A stretch of DNA of 64,000 nt from NCBI RefSeq assembly GCF_006345805.1, contig NC_043002.1, forward strand, positions 26,102,001-26,166,000, written 5' to 3'. The translations under genes were made by a program, and so were the position numbers. This document shows positions 10,501 to 22,480 of the stretch, one piece after another (position 1 is the first letter of the stretch; every line of letters starts with the position of its first letter). Source of the stretch: Octopus sinensis (lineage: Eukaryota). The notes under the pieces were generated by a model. That model was not told the origin of the DNA and ran no database searches. It saw only the letters and a program-made list of their open reading frames with translations.

Positions 10501-11248
10501 GTATGTTGGCTGGATCGGTACAGATTTTAAGCAGTTGAAAGTTTTATAGGCGTTTGTTTTATAGATGCTATACAACACCCTTTCGATTCTTTTGTTCAGT
10601 AGACGGTGCTTGGATTGTAAAATTTCGACACCGTAGTAGTGTACGGTTTGACTGTAGTGAGTATCTTCTAGTTAAAGATTATATAGTATATTATTCATCT
10701 GTAGTGACACTAATACACCAAGTGTTACGGTTTCTTTTACTGTTGCAGCACTATTTGTGAGTGCCCCACTATAATATCGTGAGCTTTACCGTTTTTTCAC
10801 TAAATATAATAATTTAAAAAATGACTCTATATACTGTCCTACATATTACGAAAATTTGGGCGCTTAAAGTATAGAATATGATACTTCGTCTAGCCTTGAT
10901 CGTTATCCCGCCTACACAAAAAATGGAGTATATTTTGGACAGCAAGAAAAAATAATGACAAAAACAGGACATTTAGAATTCAATGACTTTCTTAGAAATC
11001 GATCATAGTAAAGCGAACTCAACATTGTATTCACGTTCTAATTTATCATTTCAAAGAGTGTATAATTGAAAAAAGGAGGGAATGGTATATAATTATGCTT
11101 GAATACGAATAGAGAATAATGGGTTTTTTTCAGATTCCTGGTCGATGATAACTTTAATACATGAAATATTCCATATCTTTTTTGACAAAAAAATTGTATA
11201 TGGTAATGATACTTCAAATAATCATTTAATCTTTACGACCTTAGTCTC

Positions 11249-11326
<78 letters not shown>

Positions 11327-11679
11327 ATATATATATATATATGTATATATGTATATATGTATGTATATATACATACATAAATATGTGTGTGTATACATGT
11401 GTGTGTGTTTGTAAGTAAAAAACCTTTAAAGCTTATATTGTGCATACTTCAAAGTACATATATTAACTTTTATATAAATATACAAACACACATCCATATA
11501 TATACATACATATATATTATATACATATATATATTTATATACATATATATATTTATATACATGTATATATATCTATATGTATATATATCTTTATATACAT
11601 ATATACATGTATATATACATATATATATATATACGTGTGTTTGTGTGTGTGTATGTATGTATGTATGTATGTGTGTGTA

Positions 11680-11737
<58 letters not shown>

Positions 11738-11745
11738 TATACATG
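11249..11745. repeat. Compound (TA)n/(TG)n/(TATG)n microsatellite block
   Basis: Direct reading. Confidence 0.9.
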
Positions 11746-12363
11746 TAGTGTGGAGATGTGAGAATTTTTTAATACACCTACCATGGTGAAAAACCTGCTG
11801 ATAATTAAATTATATCTATGCCAATCACTGTATTTTTTTAAAAATTGTTCTTTGTAGTAAGCTAGTTACTACAGTGCCAACAAGCAATGGAGATAGTTAT
11901 AGCTCCTTGTCATTTTTTCTGTGGCTCACAATCTTTTCTTCCTATCTTTTTCGTGAAACTACTAAATCATTCAATCAAGTGGAATATTACAGTACATACA
12001 CACACGCTTACATACACACTCGAACACACATACACACACATATGTGCATGTATATATATATATATTATATATATATATATATATATACATATGTATATAC
12101 ACATATATATATATACACATATGTATGTGTGCGTCTGTGTGCGTGCGTGGTGCGTACTCATATAAATACAATATACATACTTTCTCAATCACACACGTAT
12201 ATTATTATGGCCTGCATTTAGAAGCGAATATTTATGAGCCAGCCAGCTCGTTTGCAGCTGATGAGGCCAAAATTGAAGAGTTAGTTCTTATTTTAGTAAA
12301 ATATCGTTGCCATCGTTATATCAAGTGTATGAAACGACGCAGTATTTGTGCATGTATGTATTG

Positions 12364-12398
<35 letters not shown>

Positions 12399-12419
12399 AT
12401 ATATATATATTTATATATA

Positions 12420-12580
12420 AATGTAACCATGTGTGTATCGTCGGCGATTTTCTTCTTCCGTCTTTCCTTCCTTTGGATTTGCTCTATTTCTGAAGAAGTG
12501 CTTTGTTTGAAACGTTAAATCCTCTTTCCTTCCTTTCCTGAGAGGTTTATTCTTGTTTGGTCTTCTTTGCTTGGATTCAC
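12420..12580 (+). mobile_element. Short (TA)n-associated element with a minimal hammerhead (same subfamily as 25802-26005)
   Basis: Shared start aatgt(a/g)acc..gtgtgta.cgt.ggcgattt; attt-CTGAAGA-a-gtgc tttg ttt-GAAA-CGTT-aaat at 12486-12520 with helix II decayed. Confidence 0.6.
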
Positions 12581-12613
12581 TATATATATATATATATACA
12601 TATATATGTATCT

Positions 12614-12657
<44 letters not shown>

Positions 12658-12687
12658 ACACACATATATATATATATATAATATATA

Positions 12688-12835
12688 CATGTATGTTCTC
12701 CAGCTAACACACAAAATTGTGTAAGTGATCCTTTCTGATCCTATTGTCTTACAATTTATAAATGAGAAGCTTGCAACTTTTACGAATTATACTTCTTTCT
12801 TCAATTTCCCCTCTCCCTACCTACCTATCTATCTA

Positions 12836-12891
<56 letters not shown>

Positions 12892-12892
12892 T

Positions 12893-12936
<44 letters not shown>

Positions 12937-13097
12937 TCTCCAGCTAACACACAAAATTGTGTAAGTGATCCTTCTGATCCTATTGTCTTACAATTTATAA
13001 ATGAGAAGCTTGCAACTTTTACGAATTATACTTCTTTCTTCAATTTCCCCTCTCCCTACCTACCTATCTATCTATCACACACACACACACACACACA

Positions 13098-13150
<53 letters not shown>
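12688..13150. repeat. Near-identical 240-bp tandem duplication
   Basis: catgtatgttctccagctaacac... at 12688 and 12928; the unique part differs by one T; each unit ends in (CA)n(TA)n. Confidence 0.95.
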
Positions 13151-13157
<7 letters not shown>

Positions 13158-13185
13158 TTATATTTATTTTTTATTTTTATTTTAT

Positions 13186-13930
13186 CTAGTTTCAGCTCAC
13201 GAGCTGTGGCCATGCTGGGGCACCGCCATTTGGTGTTGCTACATGATTTTACTTCACGAATGCTTTTTAGCAACTACCATTTGGTGCATGAGAGAGTTCG
13301 ACGCAGCTGGCCTCATCTGCACCTCCTGCCGTGAAGTTGGTTCATCAGGGACACCTGACAGGAAGAGATCCAGTCCTACTTTAAAGACATCCGCATCCAC
13401 CCCATGCGGTTCTTCGGGAGGATATTGAAGAGCTGTGGGCCTCTGAAACCCAGGCTATCACAGTATCTTGTCCTACATCTTGATGGCAAATTTGGAGTCC
13501 TTGGCACCACGCAGTGGCGCCCAGTTCTGGCATTTTTGTAACTCTCGATGCCAAAGTTTGGGACAAGTCCTTCCAGGATCTTCCAGATGTATAGTATGGC
13601 ATATCTTTCTCGCCTACGCGCCAAGGAATAGAGTTTTAATCTCTTGAGTCTTTCCCAGTAGCTTATATGCTGCACAGAGGCTATCTTCTTCGTGTAGCTT
13701 CGTTGGATCGCCTCAAGTTCTGTGATCAACTTGACACTGGATGGTGACCATAGCTGAGAGCAATAGTGTCCTCCAGAGGACCATCATGGTTTCTTGGTCT
13801 CTTGTTCTTAAGGTTCTAAGAATCCATCCGGCCAGCCGTCTACATTTCATTGCCAATTTAGTAACATGTACATGAAAGGTTGCGTCATCACTCATGTAAA
13901 TACCCAGGTCACGCACTGATTGTGCCTCTC
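13186..13930 (-). mobile_element. CR1/L2-group LINE 3' end (RT C-terminal region, 3' UTR, A-rich tail)
   Basis: VRDLGIYMSDDATFHVHV..KCRRLAGWILRT..; ELEAIQRSYTKKI..SYWERLKRLKLYSLARRRERYAILYIWKILEG..GPQLFNILPK; tail ctgaaactagataaaataaaaataaaa. Confidence 0.9.
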
Positions 13931-14940
13931 TATATATTATATAAATCAACTACGGTAATAGTTGATTAATATTCTTAAGGCCGGAATTTGCTCACACTCA
14001 GCATATTTCGGAGCTTGTCCCATGCAGTTCTTAACCAAATTGAAAACTGTTAACATTTCTGAACAGGACTGACCCCTAGCTACATTTTGGCATAAAAAAA
14101 TTGAGATTTGATCCTGTAGAAAGTTTACATCAAAATTTGTAGCAACGTTATAGGAGAGAAAGTAACGCCGACAGGGTAGTTAAGCTCTAAATAGATTTTT
14201 GTATTTTAAAAGCGAAATATATTCATCTTAGCTTCAATGATAGAAGAAAACATGAAGGATTTTATAGTTTTGGTCTCTTGCAACAAAAATTTGTATCAAA
14301 AAAGTTCTGAGGTAAAATATCACGCAAAAAGTATATGTAGGGCAAAAAACAAAAAAGTATCTAGGTATAGTTAATTTCTTTTATTTTAAAGAAAAACTAT
14401 ATTTTAATTAAGCTTAAATGATAGACTTCAATTCGAAGAATTTCATGGTATCAATCTCATGCGATGAAGTTTTAAAGGAAAAATGTTATGAGTGATTGTT
14501 TCTTACGTTTGAGGGTGATAATATAGTTCTATACTATTTTTATGAAAATAGTTCTTTAAGGGACTTTTAATATATGTCACCGTCGTCATTGAGGTGAAGA
14601 GAAGACTATCAACAACACCACTAATCGACACTGGCATCATTGCGGTAAAGAGAAGATTATGAACGACACCGCTATCGACACGTTTGATACATTATTAATT
14701 AGCAAAATAGCATAGCCTGGAAAAACACGGATTACACGGAAAAATGCGAGCAAGAGAAATAATATTCTAAATAAATAATATTTTAAGTAAACATTTTCTT
14801 GTTTTGTACTTTACCAGATGTAATAAGTTGTCCTGAACTTTACTTGTCCTGTAATTATTCAGGTTTATAATCTTAAGAATATTATTTCTCTTGCTTGCAT
14901 TTTTCCATGAAGTATATGTATATATATATATATATATATA

Positions 14941-15120
14941 GGGAGAATTCACAAAAAAAAAGCAAAAGACGAAGACAGGTAGTATAGGCAACAAACAGAT
15001 GTATTAGTTTAAGGCTCGGGAAGTGAAAACGTCTTTAACGTTTCGAGCCGACGCTCTTCTACAGAAAGGAACACAGAAAGAAGCAAGGAGAGAAAATAAA
15101 GAGAGAAAATGAATAGAAAA
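14941..15120 (-). mobile_element. (TA)n-flanked pLTR-like element with a minimal hammerhead variant
   Basis: Minus 15068-15033: CTTT-CTGTAGA-A-GAGC[gtcg]GCTC-GAAA-CGTT-AAAG; homologous to 44110-44260. Confidence 0.7.
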
Positions 15121-15124
15121 TTAT

Positions 15125-15207
<83 letters not shown>

Positions 15208-15410
15208 TTGTGCTTGTGCTTGCCCCCCATTACTATCGCTTCACAACCTATGTTGGTGTGTTCATGTCCCCGCAACTTAGCGGTTCGGCAAAAGGGACCG
15301 ATAAAATAAGTACTTGGTTTACAAAAGTTCCGACGTCGATTTGTTCGACTAAATGCGGTGCTGTAGCATGGCCGCAGTCAAATGACTGAAAGGAGTAAAA
15401 GAGTAAAGGA
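15208..15410 (+). mobile_element. SINE type A, 3' half
   Basis: cttagcggttcggcaaaagggaccgataaaataagtac...gcatggccgcagtcaaatgactgaaa. Confidence 0.85.
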
Positions 15411-15431
15411 GTTAAATAACACGATCAGAAC

Positions 15432-15640
15432 GTCGCAGGAAAGAATCGCAAGACAATTCTTCAATCTGAGGCAACTGGCGGTAGACCTAGAGGTCGAACA
15501 AAATCACGATGGTTGGATAACATCCATATTCTTAACCATTCAGGCTCGGTCATCCAGCCGGGAAATCTAAGTAAGGTTGCTTCTGTTACGACCCTATGGA
15601 GGATGTGCGTGAAGACTCTAATCTAAAGTTCTTTCAGGAA
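15432..15640 (+). mobile_element. RTE LINE ORF C-terminal fragment
   Basis: KTILQSEATGGRPRGRTKSRWLDNI...LWR fits the RTE G.RPRGRP..RW.D motif. Confidence 0.65.
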
Positions 15641-16756
15641 TAGTGGGCGGAGAAAATGAATGAATTTCATTCTGAAGACTTGATCAATTTCATTCTGATA
15701 ATTCTTTCCATAACTTTGCTTTCTCATCCTTCCTTTAAAATTTCTGGAGTTTTTGTCACTCGCAAACATTAAAAAAAAATCATCTGAAGCTGTTCTGCTA
15801 AACCAATGTTGACAGGCGTTTAAGAGAATTTCTAGGAATTCATCAGTGTCTCATTTTATAGTGAATGATATGATAATCTTCCTCTTTTTACTGATGAAGT
15901 GAATAGTTTCTGCCTCGCTCTAAAGATCCCCCAAAGTTGAAAAAACGTGATTTATTTGCTCGTGTTTCATCTAGAAGATGAAAACATATTTGTATGGTTC
16001 ATACAGTATTTTACTTATACTTTTAGGATTTGCGATCAGTGAGTTATTTCCTTACATCAATGCCATTATTTTTATATTAGAATGTAATGAATTTAATCAA
16101 TTGCAAATTTATAAAATGGTTAGGTTCTATTTATAACATTGGTTTCACTTCCTGTTCTTTCATTTTCATGGGAGTTCTTGATTTTATGCTCCTTTTAAGT
16201 GGGATATGTTCGCTGTCATTCGGTTGTTTAAGTAATTTTAGATCTTTGTCCTTCGTCTCAAGAACGTTTTCTGTTTGTTATATGGAGTTTCTTTCTTGGA
16301 CAACTTTAATGCGCTTCCATTATTGACAAAGTTCCTAAATTATGTCGTTATCTTATCTAGGTACAAGTCTGGTTTACCTTGAACCATGCCTTGTTAATTG
16401 TACTCTGTTACGATCTGAGAAAATTGCCGGCATCATTTTCCTTTTATGGATGAATTCCGTGTTAAACAAACATGAATTGGTGCGGCTTTTGGTGAGTAGT
16501 GTTTTATCTGTTCCATTAACAAAATACTGTAGAGTTCAAATGAAGATTCAACTTGTCTTAATTCGTGCAGTGACATTCATGAAAGAATGTTGCCGTTCGG
16601 CCATTTGATGTTAGGAAGATTCGGATTACATGTATACATGTGTTTCCAATTTGGATAATGGCGCTTCTACAATATGAGGCTATCCAGCCCACGATATGTT
16701 ATACCTAAAACTACATTGCATTGCTTAATCTATCTATCTATCTATCTATCTATCTA

Positions 16757-16807
<51 letters not shown>

Positions 16808-16998
16808 ATCTATCTATTATATATACTTACATTATATATATATACTTACTCTATGGAGTCATATTTGTAGTTAAGAGAATTAGCTGTTTTTGACTGCTGT
16901 TTCTAATATTCGGTATGTGGTGAAGTAACTTGTTGCTAAACCCGTAATTATATATATAATATAAAAGTGGTAAATTTTGTATTTTCCTTTATTATTAT

Positions 16999-17073
16999 AA
17001 GTTTGTCTTTTGCTTTGTATTTGTACACGTTGATTCTAAGTCTCACCCAGAGACTTCAAGAGACAAGTTAGAA

Positions 17074-17076
<3 letters not shown>
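16999..17076 (-). mobile_element. Isolated 3' UTR end of an R4/Dong-like element
   Basis: Aligns with 17132-17215 (ttgtac..gttg..t.caagtctcacccagagac.tcaa.agacaa); bounded by TTA repeats. Confidence 0.7.
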
Positions 17077-17131
<55 letters not shown>

Positions 17132-17134
<3 letters not shown>

Positions 17135-18488
17135 GTTTGACTTTTGTTTTATATTTGTACAAGTTGGCTCCAAGTCTCACCCAGAGACCTCAAAAGACAA
17201 CAAGTTGAAAGTTCATGTTGTTGGTATGCCTAGTGTGCCATATATTTGGTTTTGTATTTAGTGTTGTACTAGTGAATGTCTAAAAAAAACAAAAACAAAT
17301 TTATGTTTGTTTTAAAACTTGAGATTACACAGAAAGTATTTTGCGTAGGATATGAGCAGTTCCCATGAGCACTATCTTTTGAATTTCTGCCATTTTGGGG
17401 TTTCCTGGTATCTGAGTTAGGTAGCGATCAGCCCCTTTTGCTATCATTCCCAGGGCACCTATGACAACAGGTATTGTTTTAGTCTTCAGGTTCCACATTT
17501 TGCTGATTTCTATTTCAAGATCTTTATATTTGCTCAGTTTTTGGTAGGTCTTGACAGATACGTTTATATCGATTGGGACAGTCATATCAATGAGGAGGCA
17601 TGTTCTTTGTTTGAAGTCTTTCAATATGATGTCAGGCCTATTTGCATCTATCTTTCTGTCAGTTTGAATGGTGAAGTTCCAGAGGAGTGAGATGTGTCAT
17701 TTTCAAGTACTGGAGGTGGTGTGTGTTCCCACCAGTTTTTTCATGGGGCAAATCCAGGTTTTTGCAGATTACCCAGTGAATATATTGTGCAGCTCTATCA
17801 TGCCTATTGAAATACTCTGTAGGCGCTAGAAGACTGCACTTGGGAGACAACATGATCAATGGTTTCATTTCGTTGTTGACATACACGACATGTTGAGCTA
17901 CTGCCGTGTTTTAATACGTTGGCCCGGTAGTTCCTTTTTGGTAGGCATTGATCTTGAGCTGCTATGGTAAACCTTTCTGTTTCAGATTTTAAGCCAGAGG
18001 CCATTAGCCATTGATGGGTCAGGGCTTTGTCAACATCTGCATTATTCGCTCTCTTTGGGTATTTGCCATAGAGAGGTTTTTCTTGCCAGTTATCATTCAG
18101 AATATCTAAGGCAGCAGTTTTAGCACGGGTTTTCATGCGTTTAGCTTTTTCTGTGCTTGTTTCTTGTATGTCTAATTCCGAAATTTGTTGTATTCGGAAT
18201 TCACTTAGATATTCCTTTGCCTGTTTTGTTACTGAGTATGATGCTTTCTTGTTTTCATGTTTTGAGACAAGTTTTAACATCCAGTCCTCAGAGATTTTCA
18301 GGTAGGTGTCTAGGCCAATTGTAGCAATATTCATTGTTATTGCCAGTTGCAAAATCCCACGGCCTCCCTCTTTTCTTGGCAGATAAAATCGTTCTATATC
18401 TGCCTTAGGGTGGTGCATTCTATGCATTGTCAACAGTTTTCGTATTTTTCTGTCAAGATTACATATTTCAGTAATTGATCAGTTAACG
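17132..18488 (-). mobile_element. R4/Dong-clade non-LTR retrotransposon, 5'-truncated (RT end, CCHC zinc knuckle, restriction-like endonuclease), in (TAA)n
   Basis: MHHPKADIERFYLPRKEGGRG; CRVCQQRNETIDHVVS-CSLLAPTEYFNRHD; RPDIILKDFKQRTCLLIDMTVP..KLSKYKDLEIEI..IPVVIGALG; frameshifted; about 19 TTA units on one side and 7 ATT units on the other. Confidence 0.92.
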
Positions 18489-18509
18489 ATTATTATTATT
18501 ATTATTATT

Positions 18510-18894
18510 GAGTGAGAGAGCAGTTCATGCCATCAAAGTGACACTGGGGTAAAATATACGAAGCCCAATATACCCATCTGATAAAGGTACACCAGGCACA
18601 TGCATCACAACCATATTTGCGCGACATGGTGATCTCATATCAAGATAAACAGCACATGACCTTGCAGGTGGGGCCCAGTTAGAATTTTCTTCAGGTTGAG
18701 TAGCCCATCCCACTCAAATGGTCCCTGAATAAGGGTTGTTTAAGGATGTTGAAAGAACCACCCATGTTTCAAGAGGTGAACTATTCAAACCCCAAAGAAT
18801 CCCTCTCAACACATGGCTATGATGCTCCCCCACTACTTCTGCTCGTGATCAGAGATGCACATATCGTCAGCCACTAAGGGACATGCTCAACTGG

Positions 18895-18897
<3 letters not shown>
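18510..18897 (-). mobile_element. Unclassified non-coding interspersed repeat flanked by (TAA)n
   Basis: Bounded by (ATT)n at 18489-18509 and 18898-18947; a second, oppositely oriented partial copy lies at 28498-28605 (gagcatgtcccttag..ctctgatca.gagc..gttgagagggattc.ttggggtttgaata). Confidence 0.7.
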
Positions 18898-18948
<51 letters not shown>

Positions 18949-19069
18949 TTGTATTATGAATTCAGAATTGATTTCATCATTAAAAAATAACTATTTGTAA
19001 GTCTCACAACGAGAGATATTCAGCAACAATACTTTGGAGTAAAGCTCCACCTCTAGCAGAACAATTATT

Positions 19070-19110
19070 CTGTGCTGATGAAGGGAAAAAATCCGGAACA
19101 TTCGTCCTAA
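19070..19110 (+). ncRNA. Degenerate hammerhead motif
   Basis: CTGATGA-ag-GGA[aaaaa]TCC-GGAA-C[attc]GTC; A13 to G change and helix I lost. Confidence 0.35.
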
Positions 19111-20933
19111 ATCAGGACTGCCATGTTATGTTGGCAAACAATCTTTGATTTAATCATGTACACCAATTGAAGAATAAATTGAATTTAGAATAACAAATTT
19201 ATATACAACATATTTTACTTTTTTCTTCTAATATATAACAATTTCATGTCCGGGCAATGCCTGGTGCCTCTGTCTTTATGTACTATTAACATGCCGTAAA
19301 CGGAGCTTAAATGAAATATCAGAATTAAATGTGTGATATTTTCCCAGTTGCATAATGAAAACACCATCATAGCTATCTTTCATATTAGTACGAAATAAAA
19401 GATAATGTGATATCTGTGGATCTGTTATTTGCGGGTTGCTTGTGTATTGATGTGCACAGTTTGACATTGTTTCCAGGTCAGTTGCCGTAATATTTTCAGC
19501 ATTAGTTTTAAAAGAGAAGTTTACTACTCGAACATCACACTGCATTACATCTGCGTATTGCATATTGATAGGGGAAGACGGTATGTGTTGTAACTTGTTT
19601 AGGTGGATGCTCGTGTTTCTATTCGGGTTATTCCTTTTTTATTGTTGATGGCCAACGATTATCTGAATGGGTGTTATAATATTTAAAATTTTTAAACATT
19701 GCCTACGTTTTAGTGTTCCATGGAAATATAGCGTGGATTTGCTGCCAATGGTTCATGTTATTGAAATACATTTCGAATCATGGTGTCTCAATTACGTAAG
19801 AAATTGAAATTAGGATGTATTTTGCTCTGAATGAATGCAAGTACTGATCAATTTCAAGATACTCTGAGTGGACAGGTAGAGAATTTCCTGCTGTTGAATT
19901 TTACAAGTGATATCAGAAATATGTTCTTGATAACAATGTGTAACTGCTATTAAAGACGTTCGTTCTAGGAGATATGTCGGGGATTCTTCCACTTATTCCA
20001 GCTGCAATATTCCAAATTATGTTTGAGTTATAGCTGAAATTTTGGGACATGCATGTACTGGTGTTTGGTGCAAGCAGTTATACTTGAATAAGGCACAACT
20101 TAATTATTCCTTTAAAGTCTTAAATCTATCCATTGAGTAGCCATTCAAGTTAAATGAAATTTCTAAACTGCCATCCCTGTAACATCTGGTGTTGTGAGAG
20201 CTGGTTCCATTTCTTAGGGATTAAGAATGAGCAATCACAAGAGATTAGGTACCTCAGATACTTGGCAGAACACCATGGCGACATTTAACAAAGGGTCACG
20301 TTTATGATTCAATAAGAATTGTCCATGAATAACTACTATTTACTAGAAATCATTATAATACTTGTGTCTGTGTGTCTAACTGTAGTGACGACCAAAGATT
20401 TCAGGAGAAGGGATTTAGAGAGCAATAAATATTAGTACTGTATATAGAAAAGAGTTAGTTTAGAAAATGGATGTTTAGAAAATTGTTGAATTATGGGAAA
20501 AGCTCGCATTCTGTCATAAACTTACCTTCTTTTTCGAGTTGACAAATATTCATCTACGGTGGCTTAAAATAGAACTGAAATATTTCCATCTTGGCAATAT
20601 CGCTAAATTATATTTACAAACATTTTCTCCGACAAGTATTGTATTACAAGGTCATATCTAACTATATCATTCAGAAACTGACCAAGTTTTTCATGAGATA
20701 TAGAAAATAATTTTCAGGCAAAATCAATTTATTAATATTCATGTGATTTTGTTTCCCCCGTTGCATACAGATAACAAATGGTTTAATTTGAGACTTTTCC
20801 ATATAAAATGATTCGAGGCAACAGTAATGACGCGATTATTTTTTATTCATCTAAATGGTTGGGAGTCTTTGGACAACAGCCATCGGGACTGGATTTCAAG
20901 GATTTTTAGTGGGTTATACCGAGACTGGCAATT

Positions 20934-20934
<1 letters not shown>

Positions 20935-20997
<63 letters not shown>

Positions 20998-20998
20998 A

Positions 20999-21031
<33 letters not shown>

Positions 21032-21250
21032 TGTGTATGTATGTATGTATGTATGTATGTATGTGTGTGTGTATGTATGTATGTATATATATATATATGT
21101 TTGCATGCATGTATATATACATACATACATGCATATATATATAATTAACACACGTACACATACACACACATATATACGTATACACACATGCATACATACA
21201 TGCATGCATGCATACATACATGCATACATACATACATGTATGTATATGTG
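20935..21250. repeat. Compound (TA)n/(TATG)n/(CA)n microsatellite block
   Basis: Direct reading. Confidence 0.9.
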
Positions 21251-21929
21251 TGTGAAGAGAGAGATAACATATATATTAACATGTTCATCTGTATAATATA
21301 TAGCTTTGCTATTATGTTAAACTGCCGTAAATCCAAACTGGAAACAAATGCATTTTTTTTCAATATTTAGTTATTTAGTTTTGTTTGCAATAGCTGGTTC
21401 TTTTCGTCAAACTATCGTATCTCCAGCTTCTTCAGATGCCAGGATATCAAAAATTGTGAAAGTGTAGTACAACGGTTTTGCTATGGAATGGTGAAACTAC
21501 TTATTTGGTTTCTGAAAAAGTAAAGCTTTGCACTTACGACACTTTTGCATAATAGCAACGGTATGCATACATCGTTCATATACAAATACAGATGTAATTT
21601 TAGAACGTATAACAATGGTCAAAAGTATTCAGTATATATTCAGTATCCAAGATAGAATAAAAAAGTGATTACTTGCTGAAGAAGTTAAAGAATATTATTT
21701 ATATGAATGTCATCTTTTGAATCTCCATAAAACTATTAGTAAATTGTATTCTTGAATTTATTAATCTATAATTTAATCGCTCTCTCTTTCAGTTTCTCTT
21801 TCTCTCACTCTTTCACACACACATAAACACATACAAACACGCACACACATACACACTCATAGATATATCAGCGCATATGTGTGTGCATTTGTAGGCTTGT
21901 TTGTAGGCGTGTGATTTTATTTGTAGGTG

Positions 21930-22480
21930 TGTATGAGTTTTCTATGACGTAAGTTGTTCATGTAGCAGAACGTAGCCAAATATTTTCCATTTTCACTGGT
22001 CTCTTGATGCAAGCGACCCAATGACTCGCTTAGATCTTTTTCTGGACTGATTTCACTAATAATCATTTTGATATTGTGACTGAAGTTATACCGGATACGT
22101 TTTGCAGTTATTCACAAACGTGGATTTCTCAGCATTGTTACATCTCTATTTGCTATGTAAACTTGGATAACGGTAACTATGTAAGCCTCCAGTGCAAAAT
22201 GTACGGCGATAATTCGTTTCCTGACTGGATCCCGCCCCATCTGTGCCGTAAAATCCCCTTTTCTTAATACCATACCAAATCTCCAGGTATGCTATTATTC
22301 TTGATTGGAATAAATTATAGTTTTGCATTCTTTGGTCTTTTTTCTATATCCCTCACAGTTGCGAGCTGTGAAACTTTCTCAGCAGTTGCATTAGCTTCCA
22401 TTTGTGTTGCCCTGTCTGTATATTTCTAATTCTGAGCTTCGTTATTCAATCGATTTGGAATTTAAGTTCGTAGTGGTGCA
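21930..22480 (-). mobile_element. Degraded RTE-type AP-endonuclease domain fragment
   Basis: Minus translation with stops: FGMVLRKG..RKRIIAVHF..YIVTVIQVY..NIKMIISE..SLGR..SENGKYLATFCYMNNL. Confidence 0.7.

Noticed and set aside
18510-18897. HDV-like ribozyme in the TAA-flanked element, and in the RTE 5' part at 48298-48405
   Set aside because: I could not build the nested P1/P2/P3/P1.1 pseudoknot by eye on either strand.
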